A stretch of 64,000 nt of DNA, from contig CAVPSB010000018.1 in assembly GCA_963708025.1 (NCBI GenBank), positions 384,001 through 448,000 of the forward strand, given 5' to 3'. Each line of letters begins with the position of its first letter. The stretch's first letter is position 1. Both the position numbers and the translations under genes were made by a program. Below, piece by piece: positions 26,496-36,142 of this stretch. This DNA is from an uncultured Candidatus Rokubacteria bacterium. Its GTDB lineage: Bacteria > Methylomirabilota > Methylomirabilia > Rokubacteriales > DASRDR01. Under the pieces are notes generated by a model. The model ran no database searches and was not told the origin of the DNA. It worked only from the letters and a program-made list of their open reading frames with translations.

Positions 26496-27725
26496 CTAGT
26501 AATCCTGGCGGGGGCCGTCGGCGCCCTTCGGGTCGAGCGAGACGCGCCGGAGCTGGTCGAGGACGTAGTCGCGGAGCGTCCGGGGCGGCGGCAGGTCGCG
26601 GACCAGCCGTCCCTGCGCGATCAGCGGCTTGAGGAGGCTCTCGTACTCGCCCCCGCACCCGCAGCGCGTCCGCGGCTGGTGGGCGGGCACCACGACCGTG
26701 CGCCAGCACGCCCGGCACCGGTAGACGAGCTTGGAGCCGGAGCGCTTCCCGCGCTTGGCCATGGGCCGCCCGTCGATCTCCATGATGTCGAGCGCGAAGT
26801 TCAGCACCGGCGCGTTGGCGATGGCGGTGCCCACCCCGTAGGCGTCCACGAGCGGGTTCAGGCGCGGCATCAGGTACTCGTCGATCCCGCCGGAGGCGAT
26901 CAGCTTCACGTGCCCGAACCCCCGGTAGTCCAGCTCCCAGCGCACCTCCTCGAGGATCCGGTAGAAGTCGCCGCGACGGGAGGACGGCGTGTCGAGGCGG
27001 ACCGCGTAGAGGTCGCGACCAAGGGCCTCGGCCACCCGGATGGCCTCGAACTTCTCGTCCTGGAGCGTGTCGATGAGGGCCACCCGGCGCACCTTCGGGT
27101 CGACCACCTCGTGGAAGGCGCGGAGGGCCTCCACCGTGTCCCCGATCATGAGGACCAGCGAGTGGGGGATCGTTCCCATCGGATCGGCCTCGATCAGCTC
27201 GGCGGCCTTCGTCACCGCCACCCCGTCGCAGCCGCCGACGAAGGCGTTGCGCTCGATCATGGGCGCGATCCCCGGGTGCATCCGGCGGGCGCCGAAGCTG
27301 ATCACCTGCCGGTCACCCGCCGCCTTCTTGCAGCGGGCGGCCTTGGTCGCGATGCCCGAGGCCTGGCAGACGAGCCCCAGCAGGGCGGTCTCGTACTCGG
27401 CCCAGTCGACGTACACGCCCTCGATCGTCAGGACGGGCTCGTAGGCGCCGAAGACGGTGCCCTCCTCCATCGTGGTGACGTCGACCGGCAGGCCCTGGAG
27501 GAGGCGGGCCACCTCCTCGATGCCGGCCAGGATGCCCCAGCTCCAGTCGTCGGGGAGGCTCTTGAGCCGGACCTCGGCCTTGACGCGCGTCCGGACGCCG
27601 CGTGCGCGCAGGATCTGGACGGTACGGTTGAAGTAGACGTCGGTGACGGCGCCGCTCTTGATCTCCTCCGGGCTGGCCAGGTGGAAGAGGGGCTTGGGCG
27701 GGTCCCCTCCGGGGCGGGCCGTCAT
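26496..27725 (-). CDS. pncB: Nicotinate phosphoribosyltransferase with a C-terminal Cys-rich insert
   Basis: TDVYF, SFGARR, GTIPHSL, LIDT, VRLDTP, ASGGIDE, YGVGT, AKRGKRSG. Confidence 0.88.
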   Translation of the reverse strand: MTARPGGDPPKPLFHLASPEEIKSGAVTDVYFNRTVQILRARGVRTRVKAEVRLKSLPDDWSWGILAGIEEVARLLQGLPVDVTTMEEGTVFGAYEPVLTIEGVYVDWAEYETALLGLVCQASGIATKAARCKKAAGDRQVISFGARRMHPGIAPMIERNAFVGGCDGVAVTKAAELIEADPMGTIPHSLVLMIGDTVEALRAFHEVVDPKVRRVALIDTLQDEKFEAIRVAEALGRDLYAVRLDTPSSRRGDFYRILEEVRWELDYRGFGHVKLIASGGIDEYLMPRLNPLVDAYGVGTAIANAPVLNFALDIMEIDGRPMAKRGKRSGSKLVYRCRACWRTVVVPAHQPRTRCGCGGEYESLLKPLIAQGRLVRDLPPPRTLRDYVLDQLRRVSLDPKGADGPRQDY

Positions 27726-27874
27726 GGGCGCGCCCTGGGCAGGGGAACGGTGAGCATCGAGGAGCCGGGGGAGGTGGCGAAGAGATTCACGCGATGCTCA
27801 CGGTGCTCAGGGTGACAAGTAGACGGATTGTAGCAGAGGCTCCCCGACGCCAGCAAGCGCGCGCCCACGTTCGA

Positions 27875-28753
27875 TCAGCGGGCGCTCTTCGGCTCGAGCA
27901 CCGATTTCAGGTAGGCGCCGAAGGCCTCGGCCAGGTCGGGCCGGGCCAGCGCCATCTCCACCGTGGCCTTCAGGAATCCGAGCTTCTCGCCGGTGTCGTA
28001 GCGCCGCCCCGTGAACCGCACCGCGTAAAGCGGCCGACGCTCCCGGAGCCGGCGGAGGGCGTCGGTGACCTGGATCTCGCCGCGGTGATCGGGCGCCGTC
28101 TCGGCCAGGATGGGAAAGATGTCGGGTGTCAGCACGTAGCGCCCGATGATGGCGAGGTCGGACGGCGCCGCCTCGGCGGCCGGCTTCTCGACCAGGTCCT
28201 CGACCAGGTAGACGTTCTCGCTCACCGCCGAGCCCCGGATCACGCCGTAGCGTGACAGCTCCTCCCGCGGCACCCGCTCCACCGCCAGGACCGGGTCGCC
28301 GTACTGCGCGTGGACGGCGAGGAGCTGGGAGATGCAGGGCGGTTCCGCGACGATGATGTCGTCGCCCAGGAAGACCGCGAAGGGCTCCTCCCCCACCAGC
28401 GGCCAGGCGCACAGGATGGCGTGGCCGAGCCCGAGCGGCTCCTTCTGGCGGATGTAGGCGATCGGCGCCAGGTCCGAGATCGTCTTGATCTGGGCCAGCT
28501 CCTCCCACTTGCCGCGCTCCTGCAGGTAGAACTCGAGCTCCACCGATGCGTCGAAGTGGTCCTCGATCGCGCGCTTGCCCCGGCCGGTCACGATGATCAG
28601 CCGGTCCAGCCCGGCCTGGACCGCCTCCTCGACCACGTACTGGATCATCGGCTTGTCGACGAGCGGCAGCATCTCCTTCGGCTGGGCCTTGGTGGCCGGG
28701 AGGAAGCGCGTGCCCAGGCCGGCGGCGGGGAAGACGGCGGTGCGGACTGTCAT
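27875..28753 (-). CDS. galU: UTP-glucose-1-phosphate uridylyltransferase
   Basis: AVFPAAGLGTRFLPATKAQPKEMLPLVDKP, RQKEPLGLGHA, VEKP. Confidence 0.96.
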   Translation of the reverse strand: MTVRTAVFPAAGLGTRFLPATKAQPKEMLPLVDKPMIQYVVEEAVQAGLDRLIIVTGRGKRAIEDHFDASVELEFYLQERGKWEELAQIKTISDLAPIAYIRQKEPLGLGHAILCAWPLVGEEPFAVFLGDDIIVAEPPCISQLLAVHAQYGDPVLAVERVPREELSRYGVIRGSAVSENVYLVEDLVEKPAAEAAPSDLAIIGRYVLTPDIFPILAETAPDHRGEIQVTDALRRLRERRPLYAVRFTGRRYDTGEKLGFLKATVEMALARPDLAEAFGAYLKSVLEPKSAR

Positions 28754-29622
28754 GCTGGTGACTCCTTCCTGCGCTGGACGGTCCAGATTCCGGCGGCCTC
28801 GAGCGTCTCCTTGACGCGGCGGCGGAGCTCCAGCTCCAGGCTCTCCTTCGCCGGCGCGTCGACGCGCGCGTGCAGCCGCAACACCATGTCGTTGTCCCCG
28901 AAGGTGACGATGCCCTCCGCCACCGGCGGCTCCAGGACCCGGTCCCGGTGCGCCTCGCGGAACGCGCGGCCGGCCGCTTCCAGCACCTGGAGCGCGTACT
29001 CCGCGTCCTGATCCCGCGGGATCTTCACCTCCACCACGGCCCGGGCCCAGCCGGCGGTATGGTGGCCGAACGCGGTCAGGTCGCTGTTGGGGACGATCCG
29101 CAGCTCCCCGGTGAACTTCCGGATCTTCGTGATCCGGAGCCCCACCGACTCGACGACACCGACGTGGGGACCCACCTCGACGACGTCGCCGACGACCACC
29201 AGGCCCTCGAAGAGGAGGAAGAACCCGGTCAGGACGTCCTTGATGAGTCCCTGAGCCCCGAGGCTGATGGCCAGACCCACCACGCCGGCCGAGACGACCA
29301 GGGCGCGCACGTCGATCCCCAGCTCCTGGAGGACGACGACGCCGGCGATGAACGCCACCACGTACTTGGTGATGTTGGTCATCAGGGGATCGAGGGTCCG
29401 GGCCCGCTGGACGCGCGCGGTATAGTCGGTGGCGCCCTCCTGCGGCCGGAGGCCCCGGTGGATCAGCCCGGCCACCAGGCGGTAGGCGACCCAGGCCAGG
29501 AGCAGGGTGACCACGATCGTCACCAGCCGGGCCAGCGCGGCCGCGCCCTCGGGGCCCAGCCCCACCGCCCGGGCCACCAGTCGGGCCAGCTCGTCGAGGA
29601 GGGACTCGAAGCGCGGGATCAC
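28750..29622 (-). CDS. Small-conductance mechanosensitive channel (MscS family)
   Basis: SAGVVGLAISLGAQGLIKDVLTGFF, VGDVVEVG..GVVESVGLRIT, VPN. Confidence 0.9.
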   Translation of the reverse strand: MIPRFESLLDELARLVARAVGLGPEGAAALARLVTIVVTLLLAWVAYRLVAGLIHRGLRPQEGATDYTARVQRARTLDPLMTNITKYVVAFIAGVVVLQELGIDVRALVVSAGVVGLAISLGAQGLIKDVLTGFFLLFEGLVVVGDVVEVGPHVGVVESVGLRITKIRKFTGELRIVPNSDLTAFGHHTAGWARAVVEVKIPRDQDAEYALQVLEAAGRAFREAHRDRVLEPPVAEGIVTFGDNDMVLRLHARVDAPAKESLELELRRRVKETLEAAGIWTVQRRKESPA

Positions 29623-30182
29623 AGCCCCGGCTCCTGCGATGCCGGCGCCTCGCCCCGGGGGTTGGCGGACGGCTGCGAGAGGTGGCGCAGGCGGCGAACC
29701 TCCCGGATCGCCCCCAGGGCCAGGACGTACGTCGCCACGCCCGCCAGCGTGCCGACGATGGTGGTGCCCACGAAGAGCGGCCTGGACGCCACGAACAGCG
29801 TGTTCCAGATCATCTGTCCCAGGTTGCCGGCGTGCTCCCGGGCGCTGGTCTGGAGCAGGACGCCGGCGGCGTCGGCCAGCTCGCCGACGCTCCAGACGAG
29901 CCCGACATTGCCGCTCAGGACCGCTTCCCCCAGCGCGAGGCAGAAGGCGTACACGAACGGCGCGAACCAGGGCAGGTTGATCCAGGCGCCGGTGATCGTG
30001 GCCACCATGTTCAGGCGGAAGACCAGGGCGACGATGATCGCCAGGAGCGTGTGGAGAAAGAAGAACGGCGTGGTGCCGATGAAGACGCCGACCGCGATGC
30101 TGGCCGCCAGTCGCGACGGGCTCCCGTCGTGATGGAGCACCGCCGTGACGCGTTCACGAAATCGACGCCAGGAGAGGACCAC
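29619..30182 (-). CDS. DUF2062-family membrane protein
   Basis: SPSRLAASIAVGVFIGTTPFFFLHT...GAWINLPWFAPFVY; start approximate. Confidence 0.8.
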   Translation of the reverse strand: MVLSWRRFRERVTAVLHHDGSPSRLAASIAVGVFIGTTPFFFLHTLLAIIVALVFRLNMVATITGAWINLPWFAPFVYAFCLALGEAVLSGNVGLVWSVGELADAAGVLLQTSAREHAGNLGQMIWNTLFVASRPLFVGTTIVGTLAGVATYVLALGAIREVRRLRHLSQPSANPRGEAPASQEPGL

Positions 30183-30208
30183 GTACCGCGGTTTCTCGGC
30201 CGCTCCCG

Positions 30209-31375
30209 CTACGACGGCGGCTGGCGCTCGGTGGGCGCTTCCGCGATCGTGACTGGCACGGAGACCTCCTTGCCGCCCCGGAGCACGCGGAGGGTGACGG
30301 CCTGATCGACCGGCGCGTCGAGGACGAGCCGCTGGAGGTGCTGGAGATCCTCGACCGGGACGTCGCCGAATTTCAGAATCACGTCGTTCGGCTGCAGCCC
30401 GCCCTTCTCGGCCGGGCCGCCCGGGAGGACGCGGGCGACCACCGCCCCCTTCTCCCCGGCGGCGCCCAGCGACTGGGCCAGCTCCTTGCTCAGCGGCTGG
30501 AGGGAGACGCCGAGCCAGCCTCGGACCACCTTGCCCTTGGAGACGAGAGTCGCCGCCACCCGCTGGGCGACGTTGATCGGGATGGCGAAGCCGATCCCCT
30601 GGCCAGTGGAGACGATGGCGGTGTTGATCCCGATGACCTCGCCCCGGAAGTTGAGCAGGGGGCCGCCCGAGTTGCCCGGGTTGATCGAGGCGTCGGTCTG
30701 GACGAAGTTCTCGTACGGCACGATCCCGACCTCGGACCGGCCGGTGGCGCTGATCACCCCGACGGTGACCGTCTGCTCGAGTCCGAACGGGCTCCCGATG
30801 GCGATTGCCCACTCGCCCACCTGGAGCTTGTCCGAGTCGCCGAGCGGCGCCGCGACGATCCCCTCGGAGGGGATCCGGATGACGGCCAGGTCGGTCTTGG
30901 CGTCGGTGCCGACGATCTTGCCGCGCACCTCGCGCTTGGGATAGAGCCGCACCATGATCTCGTCGGCACCCTTGATGACGTGGAGGTTGGTCAGGATGTG
31001 CCCCTGGTTGTCGATGATCACGCCCGAGCCCACGCCGGCCGACTCGCGGCCGGACGGCGCCGGCATCTGGCCGAAGTAGCGGTCATAGTAGTCCTTGAAG
31101 GAGGGGTCCCCGGAGAACGGGTCGGTGCCGGGCGGCCGCTGGCGCCGCAGGAAGTGCGAGGTCGCGATCGACACGACGGCCGGGCGCACGTGGTCGGCGA
31201 CCCGGATGAAGGCGCGCTGCATCTCCTCGGCGCTCGGCACCGCCGCTGCGCCCTGACCGCCGCGGCTCAGCCCGGGGAGCCGGAGCCCGCCGAGCTGCAC
31301 CCCGATTCCCAGGCCCACGCCGACGGCCACCGCCAGGAGGAGTCCGGCCCCCAAACGGGCGAAAAGACGGGTCAT
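30209..31375 (-). CDS. HtrA/DegP-family serine protease with one PDZ domain
   Basis: GSGVII, LTNLHV, TDLAV, QTDASINPGNSGGPL, GIGFAIP. Confidence 0.95.
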   Translation of the reverse strand: MTRLFARLGAGLLLAVAVGVGLGIGVQLGGLRLPGLSRGGQGAAAVPSAEEMQRAFIRVADHVRPAVVSIATSHFLRRQRPPGTDPFSGDPSFKDYYDRYFGQMPAPSGRESAGVGSGVIIDNQGHILTNLHVIKGADEIMVRLYPKREVRGKIVGTDAKTDLAVIRIPSEGIVAAPLGDSDKLQVGEWAIAIGSPFGLEQTVTVGVISATGRSEVGIVPYENFVQTDASINPGNSGGPLLNFRGEVIGINTAIVSTGQGIGFAIPINVAQRVAATLVSKGKVVRGWLGVSLQPLSKELAQSLGAAGEKGAVVARVLPGGPAEKGGLQPNDVILKFGDVPVEDLQHLQRLVLDAPVDQAVTLRVLRGGKEVSVPVTIAEAPTERQPPS

Positions 31376-31444
31376 TGCGAGCGCCGCTCGAAAATAACCT
31401 TGACTTCCCGATCGGGCCGGCTATACATCGAGGCTGAGTCTGTC

Positions 31445-32185
31445 ATGCGGAGGCTGGGTACCCGATATACCCACGTGCCCCTCGGGCTCGTGAGCGTGCT
31501 GCTCGTGGTGACAATCATCGCGTGGCTCCTCGAGCGCCAGGTGGAGGTGTGGGATCCGGCCTTCCGGATCGCCGCGCCGGTGCCGGCCGCGGTGACCCTG
31601 GCCGCCGGGCCCTCGCCGGCCGCCGCCGCGCTGCCGGAGCCCGTCCCGGTCCCCGAGGCCGCCCCTCCAGCGCCTTCGTCCCCGCCCCCCGCTCTCGACG
31701 TCGCGCCCGTCGCCCCGCCCCCGCCGGCCCCGGCGGCGCCGGCCGAGCGCTACGCGCTCGAGAGCGGGCCGTTCGTCTCGGCGGAGGCGGCCGATCGGAT
31801 CGAGGATCAGCTCAATCACCTCGGCTACGCGACGGTCCGCTTCCGGAAACAGGAGGTGCGGCGTCTCTACGTGGTGAGCGTGGTGGGCCTGGGCTCGGCG
31901 CGGGACGCCCGGCGCGCCGCCGGCGAGATCGGCCGCGGCACCGTCGTGGAGGGTGAAGAGGGGGTGGTGATCCAGGTGGATCGGCTGCCCTCCCTGGGGG
32001 AGGCGGTGGTCGCCGCCCGCACGGTGCGGGCCCGCGGCTTCGAGGTCCGGGTGGACGAGGATCTCGGCCCGGCGGTGATCTATCACGTGCGGTACGGTCA
32101 GTTCCCCAGCCAGATCGAGGCCGAGGCCCGCGGAGAGGAGCTGGCCCTCTTCGGGCTGACGGGCCGGGTCGTCAAGGTGAAGTAG
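31445..32185 (+). CDS. SPOR-domain membrane-anchored protein
   Basis: N-terminal TM, Pro/Ala linker, SPOR-like repeats YALESGPFVSAEAA and YHVRYGQFPSQIEAEA. Confidence 0.7.
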   Translation: MRRLGTRYTHVPLGLVSVLLVVTIIAWLLERQVEVWDPAFRIAAPVPAAVTLAAGPSPAAAALPEPVPVPEAAPPAPSSPPPALDVAPVAPPPPAPAAPAERYALESGPFVSAEAADRIEDQLNHLGYATVRFRKQEVRRLYVVSVVGLGSARDARRAAGEIGRGTVVEGEEGVVIQVDRLPSLGEAVVAARTVRARGFEVRVDEDLGPAVIYHVRYGQFPSQIEAEARGEELALFGLTGRVVKVK

Positions 32186-32207
32186 CGCGGCTTGCCGGTC
32201 GGTCGCT

Positions 32208-33035
32208 TCACGCGACGAACGGCGGGATGGGGGGAACCTCGAGGAGCTGGGACTTCACGTCCACCACGCCGGGAACCGATCGCGCCACCTCCGTTGCCCT
32301 CTCCAGGGCGGCGGTGCCCTCCAGCTGGATCACCCCGCGGTTCGCCTCGACGTTGATCCGATACTTGCGGGTCTCCGCGTTGGCCGCGAGGGCGGTCCGC
32401 ACCCGGGAGGCGAGGGCTCGGTCGCGCACCACCTGGCGTGACGTCTCGGTGGCGGCCACCTCGGGACGGTGCAGGAGGCCGATGATCAGGTCGATCCCGG
32501 CCTGCGTCGTCAGCTTCTCGGTGTTGACGACGACGTCGTAGAGCGACGGATCGCTCCAGTCCACGTCGTAGAGGTAGCGCATCCGGCCGAACTTCTCGTG
32601 GTCGTTCCGCCGCACCATCTCGGCGGTCGTGCGGACGTCCACCGACTCGCCCATCTGCCCGGCCATCTTCTTCATGACGCGCTTGACCCGCATGTCGAAC
32701 GGGGCCATGACGCGGACCCGCAGCACGTGGACGATGTTCCGGAGGAGCACCTGGCCGCCCCGTCCCATGATGACGACGTCGTCCTGCTCGGCGACGTCGA
32801 GGAGCGCGGACTGGAGCACCGTGATGTACTGGCGGGTCTCGACGTCGAAGCGCTCGAACAGCGAGGGTTTGGTCTCGTCCAGCTGGGTCAGCTTCTCCTC
32901 GCCGACCCCGTACTGCCGGGCCGCCTGGCCGATCATGTCCTGGTCGACGTAGCGGTAACCGAGCCGCTCGGCCAGTGCCGCGCCGATCTCGGCGCCGCCT
33001 GACCCCATCTCGTGGGACATTGTCACGATGGCCAT
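32208..33035 (-). CDS. Cytidylate kinase-like family protein with a C-terminal BON domain
   Basis: IVTMSHEMGSGGAEIG, VIMGRGG, YDVVVNT; BON-like DRALASRVRTAL...GVIQLEG...VPGVVDV. Confidence 0.88.
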   Translation of the reverse strand: MAIVTMSHEMGSGGAEIGAALAERLGYRYVDQDMIGQAARQYGVGEEKLTQLDETKPSLFERFDVETRQYITVLQSALLDVAEQDDVVIMGRGGQVLLRNIVHVLRVRVMAPFDMRVKRVMKKMAGQMGESVDVRTTAEMVRRNDHEKFGRMRYLYDVDWSDPSLYDVVVNTEKLTTQAGIDLIIGLLHRPEVAATETSRQVVRDRALASRVRTALAANAETRKYRINVEANRGVIQLEGTAALERATEVARSVPGVVDVKSQLLEVPPIPPFVA

Positions 33036-33061
33036 GGGTCACCTCCCGACCTGACGGAGGG

Positions 33062-33202
33062 TCAGTCCTCCTCCACCACCTCGAACTCCTCCCCCGGCGC
33101 CCCGCACGCGGGGCAACGGTCGGGAGGGATCATTCCCGGGTGGACGTGACCGCAGCGTAGACACCGACAGACGAGCTGCACGGAGTCACCGGTGAAGTTC
33201 AC
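33062..33202 (-). CDS. Small rubredoxin-like metal-binding protein (~46 aa), absent from the ORF track
   Basis: Manual translation: MNFTGDSVQLVCRCLRCGHVHPGMIPPDRCPACGAPGEEFEVVEED*, with CxxC-x12-CxxC. Alternative ATG at 33208. Confidence 0.8.
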   Translation of the reverse strand: MNFTGDSVQLVCRCLRCGHVHPGMIPPDRCPACGAPGEEFEVVEED

Positions 33203-33405
33203 CCCCATTCTAGCCGAAGACGAACGACGTCAACAGCCCAGATTGGATGACCGGGTCGGCGTCCTCCGTCGAACCAGCCATCGCCCGGCCTGCGCCGACC
33301 TCGAGACGGCGGCCGTGGTGCGACGACCGGTTCGGGGGTAGCCTGGAGGTCAGACGATCGGGGAGAACTCCCGGCGGTCCCCGGCCGACCTGGATGGAGG
33401 GAGCC

Positions 33406-33606
33406 ATGAGACGCCGACTATTGCTCCGGGGCCTCCTGCTGAGCGTCGTCGCGACGGCGCTCGCCGGCTGTTTCGTCGTGCCGGCCCCTCCGCCGCCGGG
33501 GCCGGGGGTGGCCCCTCCGCCGCCGCCCCATGTTCTCGCCACGCCGCAGTGCCGGTGGCAGTACGGTGTGGGGTGGTTCGGCTGGGGCTGGTACGGCTCG
33601 TGTTAG
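33406..33606 (+). CDS. Small proline-rich lipoprotein
   Basis: GGAGG RBS, lipobox LAGC, PPPP-rich linker, Trp/Gly-rich tail with two Cys. Confidence 0.7.
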   Translation: MRRRLLLRGLLLSVVATALAGCFVVPAPPPPGPGVAPPPPPHVLATPQCRWQYGVGWFGWGWYGSC

Positions 33607-33684
33607 ACCCCCGAGCACGGCCGGCCGCAGCCGTTCCGATACTTCGACGGGCTGCTAGACTAGTCTAGAGGCGGACGCGGCGAC

Positions 33685-34296
33685 TCACGGCCGATCGACT
33701 AGGCCCCGCCGGGACCGGCGCCACGTGGTCAGCGCGAGGGTGAGGGCGACCGCCACGATGGCGAGCATCGCGAGCCAGCCCTCGACCCGCCGGACATCGG
33801 CCAGCACCTGTTCGAGCTGGTCGGTGAAGAAGTAGGCCAGCCCGAAGACGACCGGGACGCCCACGGCCGCGGCGGCGGCGTCGATCAGGAGAAAGAGCGC
33901 GAACGGAACGTGCGCGATGCCCGCGGTGAGGAACGCCGCCGCCCGGAGACCCATCACGTGGCGGGCGGTGACGATCGTCTTCACGGCGTGCTTCCGGTAC
34001 GCAGCCTTCAGGCGCTCTTCCCGCTCCGGCGTCAGGACGAGACGGACCGGCCCCCAGTTCAGGACCCGCTCGCCCCAGTGCCGGCCGACCCAGTAGAGCA
34101 CGATGTCCCCGGAGAGGACGCCCACCAGGCACACGACGAGCGCCAGCCACCAGCGGGCCAGTCCTTCGTGGGCCAGCACCGCCGCCGCGATGATCGGCAT
34201 CTCCTCGGGGATCGGGATGCCGAGGCTCGCGAGCAGGAGCACGGCGAACACCCCCAGGTACGTGAACTGCTCGACGAACCCCTGGAGCGTGTGCAC
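33685..34296 (-). CDS. DedA-family membrane protein
   Basis: GIPIPEE, GDIVLYWVGR, ARHVMGLR. Confidence 0.9.
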   Translation of the reverse strand: MHTLQGFVEQFTYLGVFAVLLLASLGIPIPEEMPIIAAAVLAHEGLARWWLALVVCLVGVLSGDIVLYWVGRHWGERVLNWGPVRLVLTPEREERLKAAYRKHAVKTIVTARHVMGLRAAAFLTAGIAHVPFALFLLIDAAAAAVGVPVVFGLAYFFTDQLEQVLADVRRVEGWLAMLAIVAVALTLALTTWRRSRRGLVDRP

Positions 34297-34412
34297 CAGG
34301 GCACCATGCCACGAGCCGGTCGCGCCGGCAACCTCCGGGGGGCCGCCCCGGCGAGGACTTGACCGGAGCGTTGTCGCGATGGCATAGATGGCGCGATGAG
34401 GGGGAGCCGTCG

Positions 34413-34616
34413 GTGACCACGCTGCGCCTCGCCTACGCGGCTCTTGCCGTCGGCCTCCTGGTCTACGGCGGGGTCCTCGTGCGGCTCGGGCTCCGCCGCC
34501 CGGCGCGCCCGGCCGGCCGGGGGCTCCGGGCCGTCATGGTCCTCGCGGTCCTGGCGGCGGTGGCCGGCACCGCGGCCGCGGTGCTCCTGGAAGCGAGAGC
34601 GTCCCAGCCCTGGTAG
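34413..34616 (+). CDS. Small two-TM hypothetical protein
   Basis: GGGGAG RBS before GTG; two hydrophobic helices. Confidence 0.5.
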   Translation: MTTLRLAYAALAVGLLVYGGVLVRLGLRRPARPAGRGLRAVMVLAVLAAVAGTAAAVLLEARASQPW

Positions 34617-34624
34617 GCTTCGAG

Positions 34625-36058
34625 CTACCGCCGCTTGGCGGCTGACCGCGGCGCGCGCCGGGGGGCGGGCTCGGGGGCGGCCCCGGGGGCGGGAGTGAGG
34701 GCGCCGTCGGTGACGCCGGCCAGCGCGATGCCGGCATCGGCGAGCGGCTTGGCGATGCGGTCGCGGATCCAGTGCTCGTCCCACCACTCGAGCGGGTTCA
34801 CGTAGTAGCCGTTGACGAGCATCGCGAAGTGGAGGTGGTCTCCCCCGGCCATCCCCGTCTCGCCGCTTCGTCCCAGCGCCTCTCCCCGGCCGACGCTCTG
34901 CTCGGCCTTGACCGCGATCTCCGAGAGGTGCGCGTAGAGGGAGTACAGGCCGAGCCCGTGGTCGAGGAGGACCATGTTCCCGTAAATCCCGTTGGGGCCG
35001 ATGAACGCGACCCGGCCCGCGTTGGCGGCCTCGACCGGGGATTGCTTGCGGGAAGCGAGGTCGATGCCCAGGTGCCACTGGGTGTCCACCGTCCGCCCGT
35101 CGAACACGTAGGTCCGCTCCTCGGGGAAGTTGGCGAACACCTTCGTGTTGGACTGCTGGCGGAAGACCCCCTGCCAGACCGGCTTGGGCGAGCTGGCGCC
35201 CTGCGCGACCGCGCGGATCTTGGCCTCGTTCGCCTTCCGGCCCTCCCGGTTCACCTTGAGGAAGGCGTCCAGGAGTTGCGCGGTGCCGGCGTTACCCGCC
35301 GTCTGGGGGGCCAGCTCCGGCACCTTGCGCTGGAGGAACGGCTCGGTCAGCTTGATCGTGTCCTTCGGGAACCGGGTGGGGAGGTAGGTCACGGACACGC
35401 TGAGCACGCGCTGGTTGCCGGCCTCGTCCTCGGCGAAGATCGTGGGCGACGCCTGGGGCCCGTCGTACGGAATCGCGAACAGGGCCACCTGAACCGCGGC
35501 GTCGGGCGCGAGCCCGGATACGCCCGGGAAGAAGGCCGAGCCCACCTGGACTCCCGAGCGCGCCGCGCCCGCCACGCGGTAGACGGCGATCCCGGCCCCC
35601 GCGTGCTTGATGTAACCCGTCGCCGCCTTCAGCTCGATGGTGGGCGGCGTGAGGTCGACCGTGAACCGATGGACGAGCCGCGGAGCCGGATCGGGCCGGG
35701 GCCGCCACAGCGCGTCGCGGGCCAGGACCACCAGCTCGGCCGGCCCCTCCTTCAGCCCGAGCGCCGCCGCCTCGAGCGTCAGCGGTCGATCGGCCTCGCG
35801 GGGCGCGCCGGCCGGGAACTCCTCCGTCAACACGGTCCGCGAGCTCCCGCTCTGGACGACCCGGGCCTCCAGCGACTTGAGCGGCCCGGCCGGAGCCTGG
35901 AGCCGGAGGGTGATCGTCCGCTTCGGGTGGCCAAGGGCGGCGAGCGCGGGCTCGAGGGTGACGAGGACACCCGGCTGGCGCTGCCGCCACACGACGTAGC
36001 CACCTGCGGCGAGGAGGAGCACGAGGAGGGCGAGCAGGACCTTCCAGGCGCGGAACAT
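34625..36058 (-). CDS. M23-family metallopeptidase
   Basis: HLGIDLA, YGNMVLLDHG, YAHL, DHLHF. Confidence 0.92.
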   Translation of the reverse strand: MFRAWKVLLALLVLLLAAGGYVVWRQRQPGVLVTLEPALAALGHPKRTITLRLQAPAGPLKSLEARVVQSGSSRTVLTEEFPAGAPREADRPLTLEAAALGLKEGPAELVVLARDALWRPRPDPAPRLVHRFTVDLTPPTIELKAATGYIKHAGAGIAVYRVAGAARSGVQVGSAFFPGVSGLAPDAAVQVALFAIPYDGPQASPTIFAEDEAGNQRVLSVSVTYLPTRFPKDTIKLTEPFLQRKVPELAPQTAGNAGTAQLLDAFLKVNREGRKANEAKIRAVAQGASSPKPVWQGVFRQQSNTKVFANFPEERTYVFDGRTVDTQWHLGIDLASRKQSPVEAANAGRVAFIGPNGIYGNMVLLDHGLGLYSLYAHLSEIAVKAEQSVGRGEALGRSGETGMAGGDHLHFAMLVNGYYVNPLEWWDEHWIRDRIAKPLADAGIALAGVTDGALTPAPGAAPEPAPRRAPRSAAKRR

Positions 36059-36142
36059 CTCCGAGGCATCCTACACAGACGACTCGCCGCCGTCAAACTT
36101 TGAGCGCTGCTTCATCGGCGGCGCGAGGCGCCCCGGCGCGCT

